Below, one piece after another: positions 25,316 through 35,862 of a DNA stretch of 39,713 bases. Made by a program: the position numbers and the translations under genes. The stretch's first letter is position 1, and each line of letters starts with the position of its first letter. Below the pieces are notes generated by a model. That model worked only from the letters and a program-made list of their open reading frames with translations, was not told the DNA's origin and did not search any database. Location: positions 1 through 39,713 of the forward strand of contig NW_021835725.1 of assembly GCF_006345805.1 (NCBI RefSeq), written 5' to 3'. The stretch comes from Octopus sinensis (lineage: Eukaryota).

Positions 25316-25808
25316 GGTACAAATGCATTATCACTTACCCCTGTGCGGAGATATGTATGTGTATGCATAATTCACGCATTCGCACAACAGGCACACATAC
25401 ACAAAAATTCACTTCCTCCCACGTACAGAAAGAAATATATTCATTTGTACACTAAACGATGCATCTAACATTATCACGCATGCAGCTGATGTTACATAAA
25501 CATACGCATGCACACACCACATGCAGATAGATGCACACACCACATGCAGATAGATGCACACGAAGACGTGCAGTGAAGCGTTTTTGAAAAACAGGATATT
25601 ATTGGTGAGTGTGTCGTTGTCAGATGATTTCGATGCAATTGATTTGACATTAGATAGAGAAGGTTAGAGGGTAGGCGGGTAGATGGGTGGATCTGTTGGG
25701 GGGTGGGTATGCATCTGAAGAATCTGATTTCCATATAGATGGACTCCTTTTTACCATTGTCTTGTAATGTATGACTAAATAATTCACTGACAGCATCTCT
25801 CGCTTTTT

Positions 25809-25809
<1 letters not shown>

Positions 25810-25854
<45 letters not shown>

Positions 25855-26138
25855 ACACACACACACGCACGCGAACACACATATATATGAGTGTGTGTGT
25901 GTGTATGTGTATCTCTATATATATCGTATATATGTATGTGTGTGTGTATATATATATATTTATATATTCATGTATGTGTATATATATACAAATATATGCA
26001 TGCACACACACACACACATATATATGAGTGTGTGTGTGTGTGTATGTGTATCTCTATATATATCGTATATATATGTATGTGTGTGTATATATATATATAT
26101 ATATTCATGTATGTGTATATATATACTAATATATGCAT

Positions 26139-26174
<36 letters not shown>

Positions 26175-26185
26175 GTATACACATA
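25810..26185. repeat. CA/TG/TA microsatellite containing a ~137-bp higher-order tandem duplication
   Basis: atatatgagtgtgtg..tatctctatatatatcgtat..tattcatgtatgtgta occurs twice (gagtg at 25889 and 26026). Confidence 0.85.
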
Positions 26186-26360
26186 TACAGACAGAGAAAG
26201 GGAGAGGGCGTGGGAAGAAGACAAAGAAAAAATATAAATAAATATGACAAAAGTGGGGGTCCTTCGCCGGAGTATAATATAACATATACGATGAACCACT
26301 CCGAAAACCACCCCGAAACCTTCTGCTATTTAAAAAAAAAATTATTTTATTAAATTCATA

Positions 26361-26411
26361 AGTAGTAGTAGTAGTAGTAGTAGTATAGTAGTAGTAGTGG
26401 TGGTGGTAGTG

Positions 26412-26455
<44 letters not shown>

Positions 26456-26456
26456 G

Positions 26457-26500
<44 letters not shown>

Positions 26501-26680
26501 GGTGGTGGTGGTGGTGGTGGTGGTAGTGGTGGTAGTAGTAATAGCAGTAGTAGTAGCGGCAGCAGCAGCGTTTGTGGCAGTGTTGGTATAGGCAGTGGTA
26601 ATGTTGGTGTTGGTAAAGGTAATTCTGGTGGTGGTGGTGGTGGTGGTGGTAGTTATACTGGTAGTAACTGTTGTAGTAGC
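26361..26680. repeat. (AGT)n/(GGT)n microsatellite
   Basis: Read directly; explains the poly-V ORF. Confidence 0.96.
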
Positions 26681-27000
26681 ATATATATGGGGGGGGTGGG
26701 GAAAGTGATGGATAGACTATACTTCCACATCAGTTAGTAGATCTTAAGACCCAGAGCTGTTTTGAAAACTGTTTAATTAGGCTCTTTCGTAATTATACTA
26801 AACTAATTAGTAGTAGCAATTTGCAGCAACAGCGGCGGCAGTAGTAGTAGTAGTAGTAGTAGTAGTAGTTAATTTAAAATGATTATGACAGTTTTATTTC
26901 AGCCATTTAGTCAAGGGTGGATTTCCTATTAACATCTCTTGATAGATCGCAATGCTTAGGCGTTTTCAGTATCTGTACTTGTAAAAACTTCGACATCTCT

Positions 27001-27156
27001 TACAGTTCTATATTTAAGAGATGAGGAATTCTGTACATCATTTACATCATTTACATTATTTACATTCGACGGATACTTATCCTTATATTTTTTGTTGTTA
27101 ACACAACGTTTCGGCTGATATACCCTCCAGCCTTCTTCAGGTGTCTCGGGGAAATT
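27001..27156 (-). mobile_element. Penelope-like 3' end fragment (inverted copy)
   Basis: Reverse complement aaatttccccgagacacctgaagaaggctggagggtatatcagccgaaacgttgtgttaacaac..; homologous to 3541-3665 and 27380-27508. Confidence 0.78.
27100..27145 (-). ncRNA. Minimal type I hammerhead ribozyme motif (best-preserved copy)
   Basis: GACAC-CTGAAGA-A-GGCTG(gagggtatat)CAGCC-GAAA-CG-TT-GTGTT: 5-bp stem I, 5-bp stem II, intact core, GUU cleavage triplet. Confidence 0.72.
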
Positions 27157-27177
27157 TGCAGCAGCAGCGGCGGCGGC

Positions 27178-27209
<32 letters not shown>

Positions 27210-27379
27210 CAGCAGTAATATTAGTAGTAGTAGTTATAGCAGCAGTAGTAGTAGTAGTAGTTATAGTAGTAGCAGCAGCAGCAGTAGTAGTAGTAGTTTT
27301 TAAAAATGATTATAACAGTTATATTTCAGCCATGACCATGACGAAGTGAGGTTTAGTCACGGGTTTAGAAACTGTGAAC

Positions 27380-27508
27380 CCAGTCTCGAAATTTACCCAC
27401 GACACCCGAAGAAGGCTGGAAGGTATGTAAGCCGAAACGTTGTGTTAACAATAAACAAGATTAGGACAAATATCCGACGAATGTAAATACTGTAAATGAT
27501 GTATAATA
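27380..27508 (+). mobile_element. Penelope-like 3' end fragment with degenerate hammerhead (27401-27446, CCGAAGA core)
   Basis: gacac-CCGAAGA-A-GGCT(ggaaggtatgta)AGCC-GAAA-CG-TT-gtgtt. Confidence 0.72.
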
Positions 27509-28089
27509 TTGTTCAAGTTCAATAAAATTTTATATGTGTTCAATGCATGAAGTGTCATTGTTGCGCCCAATGCCTAAGGAAGAGCCCTCCACAAGAATTA
27601 GTATATATTATATATTATACATACATATTAGCACTTTACAGTATACTTACATATATTCATAAATCTATACATCGATATAAAACAACAGGAATACAAAAGG
27701 GAGGCCGAAATTTAAGAGAAGAGAAAACCAAAAGGTCTCATGGTTTTCATTTAAAAATGCCTTAGTAGAATTTCTTATTATTTCTGCCTTTTAAACTATT
27801 TTGAAAGGTGAATTTGTTATCTTTGGCTTGTTTTAGATAAGGATAAATTATTTATTACTGTTACAAAATTTTCTACAGCCACCTTCACATTCCATGACTA
27901 CCATTGGGATCCATCAGGTACCGGACAAGTATTCTGGGTTATTTTTCCGTTATTTTTTTTTACTTAATTTTTGAGAGTGATCGGGTTTATTTTTTGTATT
28001 CTTGTTTGTGAGAGCAGTCGAGTTTATTTCAGACATTCTCATTTTAAAAATCACCTCTGGCTAATCGTTGAAAGGACTTTGGTGTTGCC

Positions 28090-28550
28090 TTGGTGGCAGA
28101 ATTAATAGTCAAGACTAAGCATTTTATCTGAACAACTTCATCCTATGGTTGCGGAACTGTTTCTGGAGGGAAACGCAATCTTTCAGGATGATAATGCACC
28201 AATTCACACTGCTAAAGTTATTACTGAATGGCACGAGGAACATTCTAGTGAAGTTGAAAATCCTATCTGGCCACCACAGTCCCCAGATCTCAATATTATT
28301 AAACATTTATGGTGCACTTTAGAAAAAAACAAGTAAGGTGGTCAATATCCTCCACTATCATCATTACAAGAACTGTCGACTGTTTTAGCTGAAGAATGGA
28401 CAAAAATTCCTTTGGCAACAAATCAAACTTTGTACGAGTCTATAGCTCGTAGAATTCAAGCTATAATTACTGCCAAAGGGGGTTCTACCCCACATTAAAA
28501 TAAATTTGTTTCAAATTTTAAGGTGTTTCCATTATTTTGTCCAAACCCTG
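28090..28550 (+). mobile_element. Tc1-like transposon 3' fragment (transposase C-terminus and right end)
   Basis: FQDDNAPIHTAKVITEWHEEHSSEVENPIWPPQSPDLNIIKHLW, then frameshifted EEWTKIPL..RRIQAIITAKGGSTPH* (stop ends 28498); ends ..tccattattttgtccaaaccctg followed by TA. Left TIR not found. Confidence 0.88.
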
Positions 28551-28660
28551 TATATATATATACATATACATATATATATATATATATATAATCTTATATA
28601 TATCTATATTATATATATATATATATTATATATATATACATATATATATATCTAATATAT

Positions 28661-28944
28661 CAATATTAATAAAGGGTGAGAATTAATTAATTAGTAATAT
28701 AGTTTTACCAAGCAGTGTTCAGTATGTTAAAAAAACCATTTACGGTAAACTTAAACATTATTTTATATAATTAGGGTTCAACAAAAAAATTTGCTTTGCC
28801 ACATACCGAACTTTTAGAAATAGTAGCCAAAAAATTTAGCTATTTCTTCTACTATAAGAAGAGTCTCCCAGACAATATATACTCAAAAACAATTCACGTA
28901 GGCATAGAGGGAAAAATAACGAAAGTTCATCCGGCATTTGATTA

Positions 28945-28950
<6 letters not shown>
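28661..28950 (+). mobile_element. Non-autonomous DNA-element end embedded in (TA)n
   Basis: Homologous (~75% by eye) to the reverse complement of 30873-31069 and to 30759-30865: aattagggttca.caaaaaa..tgctt..cacatacc..tagaaatag.ag..aaa..tagctatttc. Confidence 0.65.
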
Positions 28951-29002
<52 letters not shown>

Positions 29003-29005
<3 letters not shown>

Positions 29006-29200
29006 AATGAAGGATAAAATTTCTTTTTTTTTTCCCCCAAAAAATATTCTTTTTCAAAAAAAAATGTTATCAATGGCCATCATATCAAAAAATACCTTTA
29101 AAGGTTAAATCTATAAACAATTCATAATAAGGGGAAACGAAAAAATTTGTAATGCCAGATATGCCGAAAATTGGACGTTTGCCCTCAATTATGAATTATA
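29003..29200. mobile_element. Possible small MITE between TA tracts
   Basis: Start taatgaaggataaa vs reverse-complemented end taattgagggcaaa (imperfect TIR); TA runs on both sides. Confidence 0.3.
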
Positions 29201-29345
29201 TATATATATATATATATAATAATATATATATATATATATATCAGTTCATTTGATTACTTGTGAACGCGTTTATATATATATATATATATATATATAATTA
29301 TATTATATATATATATATAAATTGCAAAATTAGATTAGATACCCT

Positions 29346-29475
29346 AAACTAGGATTAGATACCCTATTATTTCTTATTGTAAAAATTGATTTTGTTTACC
29401 TAAGTATTATGAAAATGACTAAGATAGTTAGTTATTGATTGTTGTTTAAAACTTAAAAGGTTTGGCGGTTTTACA
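29346..29475 (+). pseudogene. rrnS: Nuclear copy (NUMT) of a mitochondrial 12S rRNA fragment
   Basis: 29346-29370 = AAACTAGGATTAGATACCCTATTAT (conserved small-subunit rRNA site used for the invertebrate 12Sai primer), followed ~78 nt later by aaaacttaaaaggtttggcggt, the next conserved 12S block. Confidence 0.85.
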
Positions 29476-29954
29476 TATCCAGTTATGTACTGATATATAT
29501 ATATATATCAGTACACAAGTATAATTAGGGAGACAATTTGTACTACACAACATCCGCGTAGTATGTAATTCTTTATTCTTTACGTGTATTTCAAATTTTA
29601 ACTTCAGCCCCAAACGACAGAAAGAATGACGAGAATTTTATCGATAATCATATTAAGTGAGAAAACTGTCATATAGCTATTTAATAATTAACAATTATAC
29701 TTGAACTCTGTGAAATATCTGGATTCACAGAGTTAATTATTAAAGTTAGTCTAAAAATCTTTCTTCAAACAGAAAAAAGAATAGAAGTGAAGTAAGATTT
29801 AAAGATTTTCTATGAACAGTGATGTCTGTGTTGATATTCCTCTCATTTCGTCTCATACTGTCATACAGTTTTCCTCTCCATTCCCTCCCTCCATTTCTCT
29901 CTCCATCTTTATATTCATATAGGTACATATACATATACACATACATCATATATA

Positions 29955-30679
29955 CGTAGTTTCGTCTTGGTATATGTTTGGCTGAAGAAGGTAAAGCAAA
30001 TATGGGTGAGAGACATATCTTGCAAAACCTGAAACCTGCAGGTACCACATTATCCACTTTCCGGGTGTTTCATCTTTCAGATGTTCTCCCTGGAGTAAGA
30101 CGGTTTTTTTTCTCTATTTTGTTGCACACACGCATGTACATTTGCATCTAATACATACGCGGTGAAGCTACACTTTAGCGTCGTATTTTTACGTTCGCTA
30201 TTTCCAGTAAATATCGGTACATAGTTGTGCCATTTATTTACTAATTTGTGTATTTTTCCCTTACGGGCTACTTTTTACTGGAAGGCAATACTTTGTATTG
30301 CATTACTGATATTTTGAAACTTCTTCACCGTTTCTCGTACTGTTAGCGTTCCGTATTTCAGTCGAGTGTGTTAGTATTTATGTGGTAACATCGTAGTTTC
30401 GTCTTGGTATATGTTTGGCTGAAGAAGGTAAAGCAAATATGGGTGAGAGACATATCTTGCAAAACCTGAAACCTGCAGGTACCACATTATCAATTTTCCG
30501 GGTGTTTCATCTTTCAGATGTTCTCCCTGGAGTAAGACGGTTTTTTTTCTCTATTTTGTTGCACACACGCATTTTTACTAATACATACGCGGTGAAGCTA
30601 CACTTTAGCGTCGTATTTTTACGTTCGCTATTTCCAGTAAATATCGGTACTTAGTTGTGCCATTTATTTACTAGTTTGT
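29955..30679. repeat. Direct duplication of ~290 bp (29955-30249 and 30392-30679) with a 142-bp spacer
   Basis: Copies near-identical by eye apart from a few substitutions and one ~7-bp indel. Confidence 0.95.
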
Positions 30680-30758
30680 ATATATATATATATATATATA
30701 ATATTTTTATATATATATATATTATATATTATATATATACATACATATATATATAATG

Positions 30759-30979
30759 TTTTATAATTATGAGTATAATGATAATTAGGGTTCAGCAAAA
30801 AATTTGCTTCATCACATACCGGAATTTAGAAATAGCAGTTAAAACTAGCTATTTCTATACCATAAGATTTTTTTATGATAGAGAAATAGCTAGTTTTAAC
30901 TGCTATTTCAAAATTTTGGTATGCGGTGAAGCAATTTTTTTGCTGAACCCTAATTACAATTATACTCATAATTATAAAA
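30759..30979. repeat. Long inverted repeat (~107-bp arms, 7-nt loop)
   Basis: 30759-30865 vs reverse complement of 30873-30979: about 10 mismatches by manual alignment. Confidence 0.93.
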
Positions 30980-31065
30980 ATTTGTGTTTAAGTCTTTTAA
31001 CATACCGAACTACTTGGTAAAATTATTAATTATTAATTAGTTAATTAATTTTACCCTCTATTATT

Positions 31066-31132
<67 letters not shown>

Positions 31133-32321
31133 ATATATATGTATATATAAACGAGGGAGTGATGAATAAAATATGCTCTTGCAGTCGTCAATGAAGAGAA
31201 CTTTACTTCTCGACCACTTCCGCATGGTTAAGGTCTTCTCGCGTCCGAATGTAATTGGGCATGTCAAATATGGCTTTACACGAATATATGCATACATACG
31301 TGTACCAACACAATTATCTCAGTGTTAATACATGAATAGACATCACTCCCCTTTTACATTCCACCAACACGTGTAATATTGATTTTTAATGGAAAAAATA
31401 TTCGTTCTTTATTTCTTGTGTTGTTTCGTTCCTACTTTATTTCTTTGTTTCTCTTTATTCCATTTTTCATCCATTCAATCATTTTCCGTTCATTCTTCTC
31501 ACTTCGTATATGTGTTAATCAGTGTTGCCAATGTAATTATTTTCGCTCTAAAATTTAGTACCTTTTTACAATTTTCTGCTCAAAGAGCCATTGAATTACG
31601 CGTTCGGGTAATTTTAGTGCCCTTTACTAAAATTTACTGCTAAAATTAGTGCTTTTGATGAAAGTGAGAGCAGAATTTAATTTGGAATTTTCTGTCCAAA
31701 TTTCAGGCAGAAAAATTTTGTAAACAGAAAAACTGCTTTTCTACTCATTTAAAACAAATTGTTTCTGAAGTTGAAAGTGTTAAAAAATTTGAAAGAAAAA
31801 AACAAGACGCCCATTAAATTATTGAATGATCTACAGCATTTCATGGATTCGCTCAATTCAATAATCATAGTGGGAGGAAAGAGGCTAAATTAAAATGATT
31901 CAGCGCAGAACTATAAAGATCCGTTGTCTTAACTTGCTTATTGCTATGAAAAGGAAATCTCAGAATAGAAGTATACTGAGTAAGAAAAAACTAGGATAAG
32001 AGGCAGATGCATTAAATTTGCAGGAGCCGTTTTGGAGCAAACTCTACAGCGTCTCCCTATAGTGTTGGTTTTATACAATCAATAAGTTATTCTAGTGTAA
32101 CAGAATATCTCAAACCAATAAAACCTGGAATGATAGACCTTGCAAAGCATTCAGTTGAAGATTCAAAGATTCTGACAAAAATTGACTTACAAAGGAGAAA
32201 AAAAATTAAATGCACGATTGACCGATTGACAGAAATTGCAAAATTAGTTCTATCTGGACCGAAATATCATCGTATAGGGATTTGACTAGGAAAAATCCAT
32301 TTGAAACATTTATCAAAATTA

Positions 32322-33540
32322 TTAAGTTGTCACACATGAAATGTCGTATTTGAAAGAAGATAACAGTAAAATGTTTCATAGGTGTTAGAGGACTGATTTA
32401 TTTAATCAAAGTATGGTCCATGTTCATTTATGACCTTTATCCAACGTTTCTCTAAGTTCATCTTTAAAAAAAAAAATCATCGTTTGCTGTGATAATGCTT
32501 CAATTACCTCTTCTCTGTTTAAGAATGTTTTATTACGTATGAATAGCTCAGATTGTTTAATAAGTGATAATCAATAGGGAAGATATCAGGGGAATAAGGA
32601 GGATGTAGTAAAATCTCATAATTCATGCTCTGTAGCTTTTGAACCATATCTTGATAAGTGTGAGGACGTGCATTGTTGTGGAGCAAAATTGGGTCATCTC
32701 TGTTCACTAGTCTGGGTTGCTTATTTTTCATATTCTCATGCATACAATTAATTATCTGGCAATACGATATTGCTATTACCGTTTTTTCCTTGTTGCAAAA
32801 ATGAATAATGAATCACTCCCTTCGCAGACCACCATACAGTTACGACAATTTTTTTTAGGGTACACTGGTGGTTTTGGGTAGTGTTTAGGTAGCTTTCTTG
32901 CATCGAATTGTTGTCGTGTTCTGCTGTTGTCAAAGAGTATCCATTCCTCATCACATGTAATGATTCGATGCAAAAAATCATTACAAGAAGCACATTTCGA
33001 GGCGCCTTTTCTTCTTTAAGCGCGTTCAGTAGATTTTGAACAAGCCTATCAATTTTCTTGACTTTTCCAATTTTTTTCAAGTGTCGAGAAACAGTTCTGC
33101 GAAATGTTTGGAGACTGATGAAAGTGTTCGGACCGTTGTTCTCGGATTTTATTCAACCAAAGCATTTAATCCATCATGCCGAGTAACTGATTTTGCCACC
33201 CCCCCCTTGGTACATTTTCGAGGCTATCATCTCCTGAATGAGATCTTTAGAACAATCTCTGAACAGTTCTGATGTCAACAAAACCATTACCAAAGTCCCG
33301 TTTGATATTTCGAAGAACTTCTATGGCAGAGAGACCCGATTTATACTCATTCAAGAAATTCACTCAACATAGTTTGGTTGTTATTATTTTCATAAGGTCT
33401 CTGAGTACGAATTTTGTATACCAATATTGTTTGGAAAGAAAAAAAGTCAAGATTATATGCCAGGGTATATATAATTGAGATTTTAAACGACTGAAATAAC
33501 AAGTAATTAAAAATGCAACATTTCATGTGTGACAACTTAA
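32322..33540 (-). mobile_element. Full-length decayed mariner (DD34D-type) transposon, 1219 bp
   Basis: 30-bp TIRs ttaagttgtcacacatgaaatgtcgtattt (32322-32351) and aaatgcaacatttcatgtgtgacaacttaa (33511-33540); TA at 32320-32321 and 33541-33542. Confidence 0.93.
32402..33385 (-). pseudogene. Mariner transposase pseudogene
   Basis: EYKSGLSAIEVLRNIKRDFG..RTVQRLF (HTH); HRIITCDEEWILFDN; VVTVWWSAKGVIHY; LLHNNARPH; HPPYSPDIFPIDYHL; RWIKVINEHGPYFD*. Multiple frameshifts; 5' coordinate approximate. Confidence 0.9.
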
Positions 33541-34705
33541 TAACTTCAACACTTGTCGTTTTACCACATGCAAATTTGGATGTGGTGAAAGTATTTAGCG
33601 ACACGAATTTTATGAAATCAAATGAGCGTAACTGTTTAAGCATAGAAACACTAAGAGAACTTTTGAACATCGGGTATAGACATAAACGAAGCGTTAAATG
33701 TTGTTATGATTATAATCAACGAAGCGAGAACTGTTAAAGAAAATTGGATCCATGGATGCTTATAAATCATGTGAAAATGCAGTTTTCAACACCCCAAAAA
33801 AGCAAAAAGAATTGATCAGGAAATCTTTGAAAATATTTAGCGCAAAAATAAAAGTAATTCTGCTAATTGCATTTAATTTAATTAAATCTGAAATTTTTAA
33901 TATAAATCTTTTGTTATTTACACCCATGTATGCGATTTTTTTTTTATTACGTGCATCTTTGTTACATTTCGCTTTTATTTTCTGCCTTTCAACGCCTTTT
34001 AGCTTTGGAAATTGTGCGTTCTAAGTGTGAATTGGCAACGCTGGTATTAATTACCTTCTGTCTCTGTTCCTTTGTAAGTTTCTGTAAAACTACTTTACAG
34101 CCCTTTCCTTACATATATATGTATCTTCCTTCCTTCCTTTCTTTCGTTTTGTCTTTCGTTCTTTCATTTTTCTTTCTTTCTACCTCTCTTTCTTTGATGG
34201 TCTCCATCATCCTTCCTCTCCCATACCACTACTATTTCAAGCTCACTCCCACACACGCACACACACACACACAAACACCAACACATGCACACACACAAAC
34301 ACACACACACACAAACACACATAAACGCACACGCACACACATATGCGTGAACGCGAATATGCGCAAATATTCACAAATGCGTACTCATCTATTTATCGAA
34401 GCCCGATAGGCAATCTTCTGAAACCAAGTTTTCAGAGTGATTCCTGGCAACACCTGAAGACATTGTTAAATGTAAAAGAATCATGAACCATTTTCCGCCA
34501 CGCTGAATTTGTAGAAACATCACGGCCGTCCACTTTCAATGGCCAATGATGGTCTTCTTGAACTCACCCATATTCTCTGCTAACAAACACATATATATGC
34601 ACGTAAATATACGTATGTTTATGTACCCCCACATATACATTTATATATACATATATATGAACATATATATACATATATATGAACATATATATACATATGC
34701 ATACG

Positions 34706-34739
<34 letters not shown>

Positions 34740-34972
34740 CATATAATATAGATATATATGTGTGTGTTTGTGTAAATATATGTATATATATATATATATA
34801 TAGATATATATATATGCAAATGTATATACGCATGTATACATACAGATAGATATATTTACATATGTAGGCGTATATACACACTCTTATATATACAAGCACA
34901 CACACATACACTTTAATGTATTCATACAAACATTCATACATATATGTATGTATATATATATATATATATATA

Positions 34973-35110
34973 CAGTAGTACCTCAGTTTTCGAACAACTC
35001 TGATAGTGACTAGATCGTGCTTTATATACATACATATATATAGATATAGATATAGTTATAAAACACGATCTATTCGTGATTAGAGGCGTTCGTAAACCGA
35101 GGAACTACTG
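34973..35110. mobile_element. Tc1/mariner/pogo-type MITE, 138 bp
   Basis: 23-bp TIRs cagtagtacctcagttttcgaac / gttcgtaaaccgaggaactactg (3 mismatches), TA on both sides, inner inverted tagatcgtg/cacgatcta. Confidence 0.85.
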
Positions 35111-35451
35111 TATTAAATGAATATAAGAAAGCCAGGAGATAAAGCACGATTCATTCGTAATCTGAGATGTTCGAAAACCGAGGTTCTACTCTCTCTCTCT
35201 CCACACACACACACACATGCTCACATACATGCACACACACATTCACATATGTATACATATAAACACATTCACATGTGAGTTCAGAAGTACGAAGCAAGTA
35301 GAGAAAACTGTTTTCGAACAGTGGAGTACCTTTGGTAAAGTACACTGTTTGAATGTATTGTATTGAAGCCGAGAAACTTCGTAAACGCTTACTCAGATTA
35401 TTATGGAAACAGTTGTAAATCTGTTTCATATGCGGTTAACTTGAACACTTG

Positions 35452-35862
35452 GCGAGCTGGCAGAAACGTTAGCACGCCGGGCGAAATGCGTAGCCGTATT
35501 TCGTCTGTCATTACGTTGTGAGTTCAAATTCCGCCGAGGTCGACTTTGCCTTTCATCCTTTCGGGGTCGATAAATTAAGTACCAGTTACGCACTGGGGTC
35601 GATGTAATCGACTTAATACCTTTGTCTGTCCTTGTTTGTCCCCTCTATGTTTAGCCCCTTGTGGGTAATAAAGAAATAGGTATTTCTTCTGCCGTTACGT
35701 TCTGAGTTCAAATTCCGCCGAGGTCGACTTTGCCTTTCATCCTTCCGGGGTCGATAAATCAAGTACCAGTTACGCACTGGGGTCGATGTAATCGACTTAA
35801 TACCTATGTCTGTCCTTGTTTGTCCCCTCTATGTTTAGCCCCTTGTGGGTAATACAGAAATA
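35452..35862 (+). mobile_element. Dimeric SINE family 1 insertion with 18-bp TSD
   Basis: Full head ggcgagctggcagaaacgttagcacgcc + unit, then second 184-bp unit from 35679; ggttaacttgaacacttg at 35434-35451 and 35863-35880. Confidence 0.95.

Noticed and set aside
29704-29734. 11-bp hairpin aactctgtgaa/ttcacagagtt as a Helitron 3' end
   Set aside because: AT-rich, no correctly placed CTRR followed by T, and no 5' TC end identified.
29982-30010. CTGAAGAAGG as another hammerhead (also in the duplicate copy)
   Set aside because: No stem II complement or correctly placed GAAA follows.
29955-30679. TRIM or solo-LTR pair
   Set aside because: Repeats lack TG..CA termini; spacer has no PBS or polypurine tract; no TSD found.
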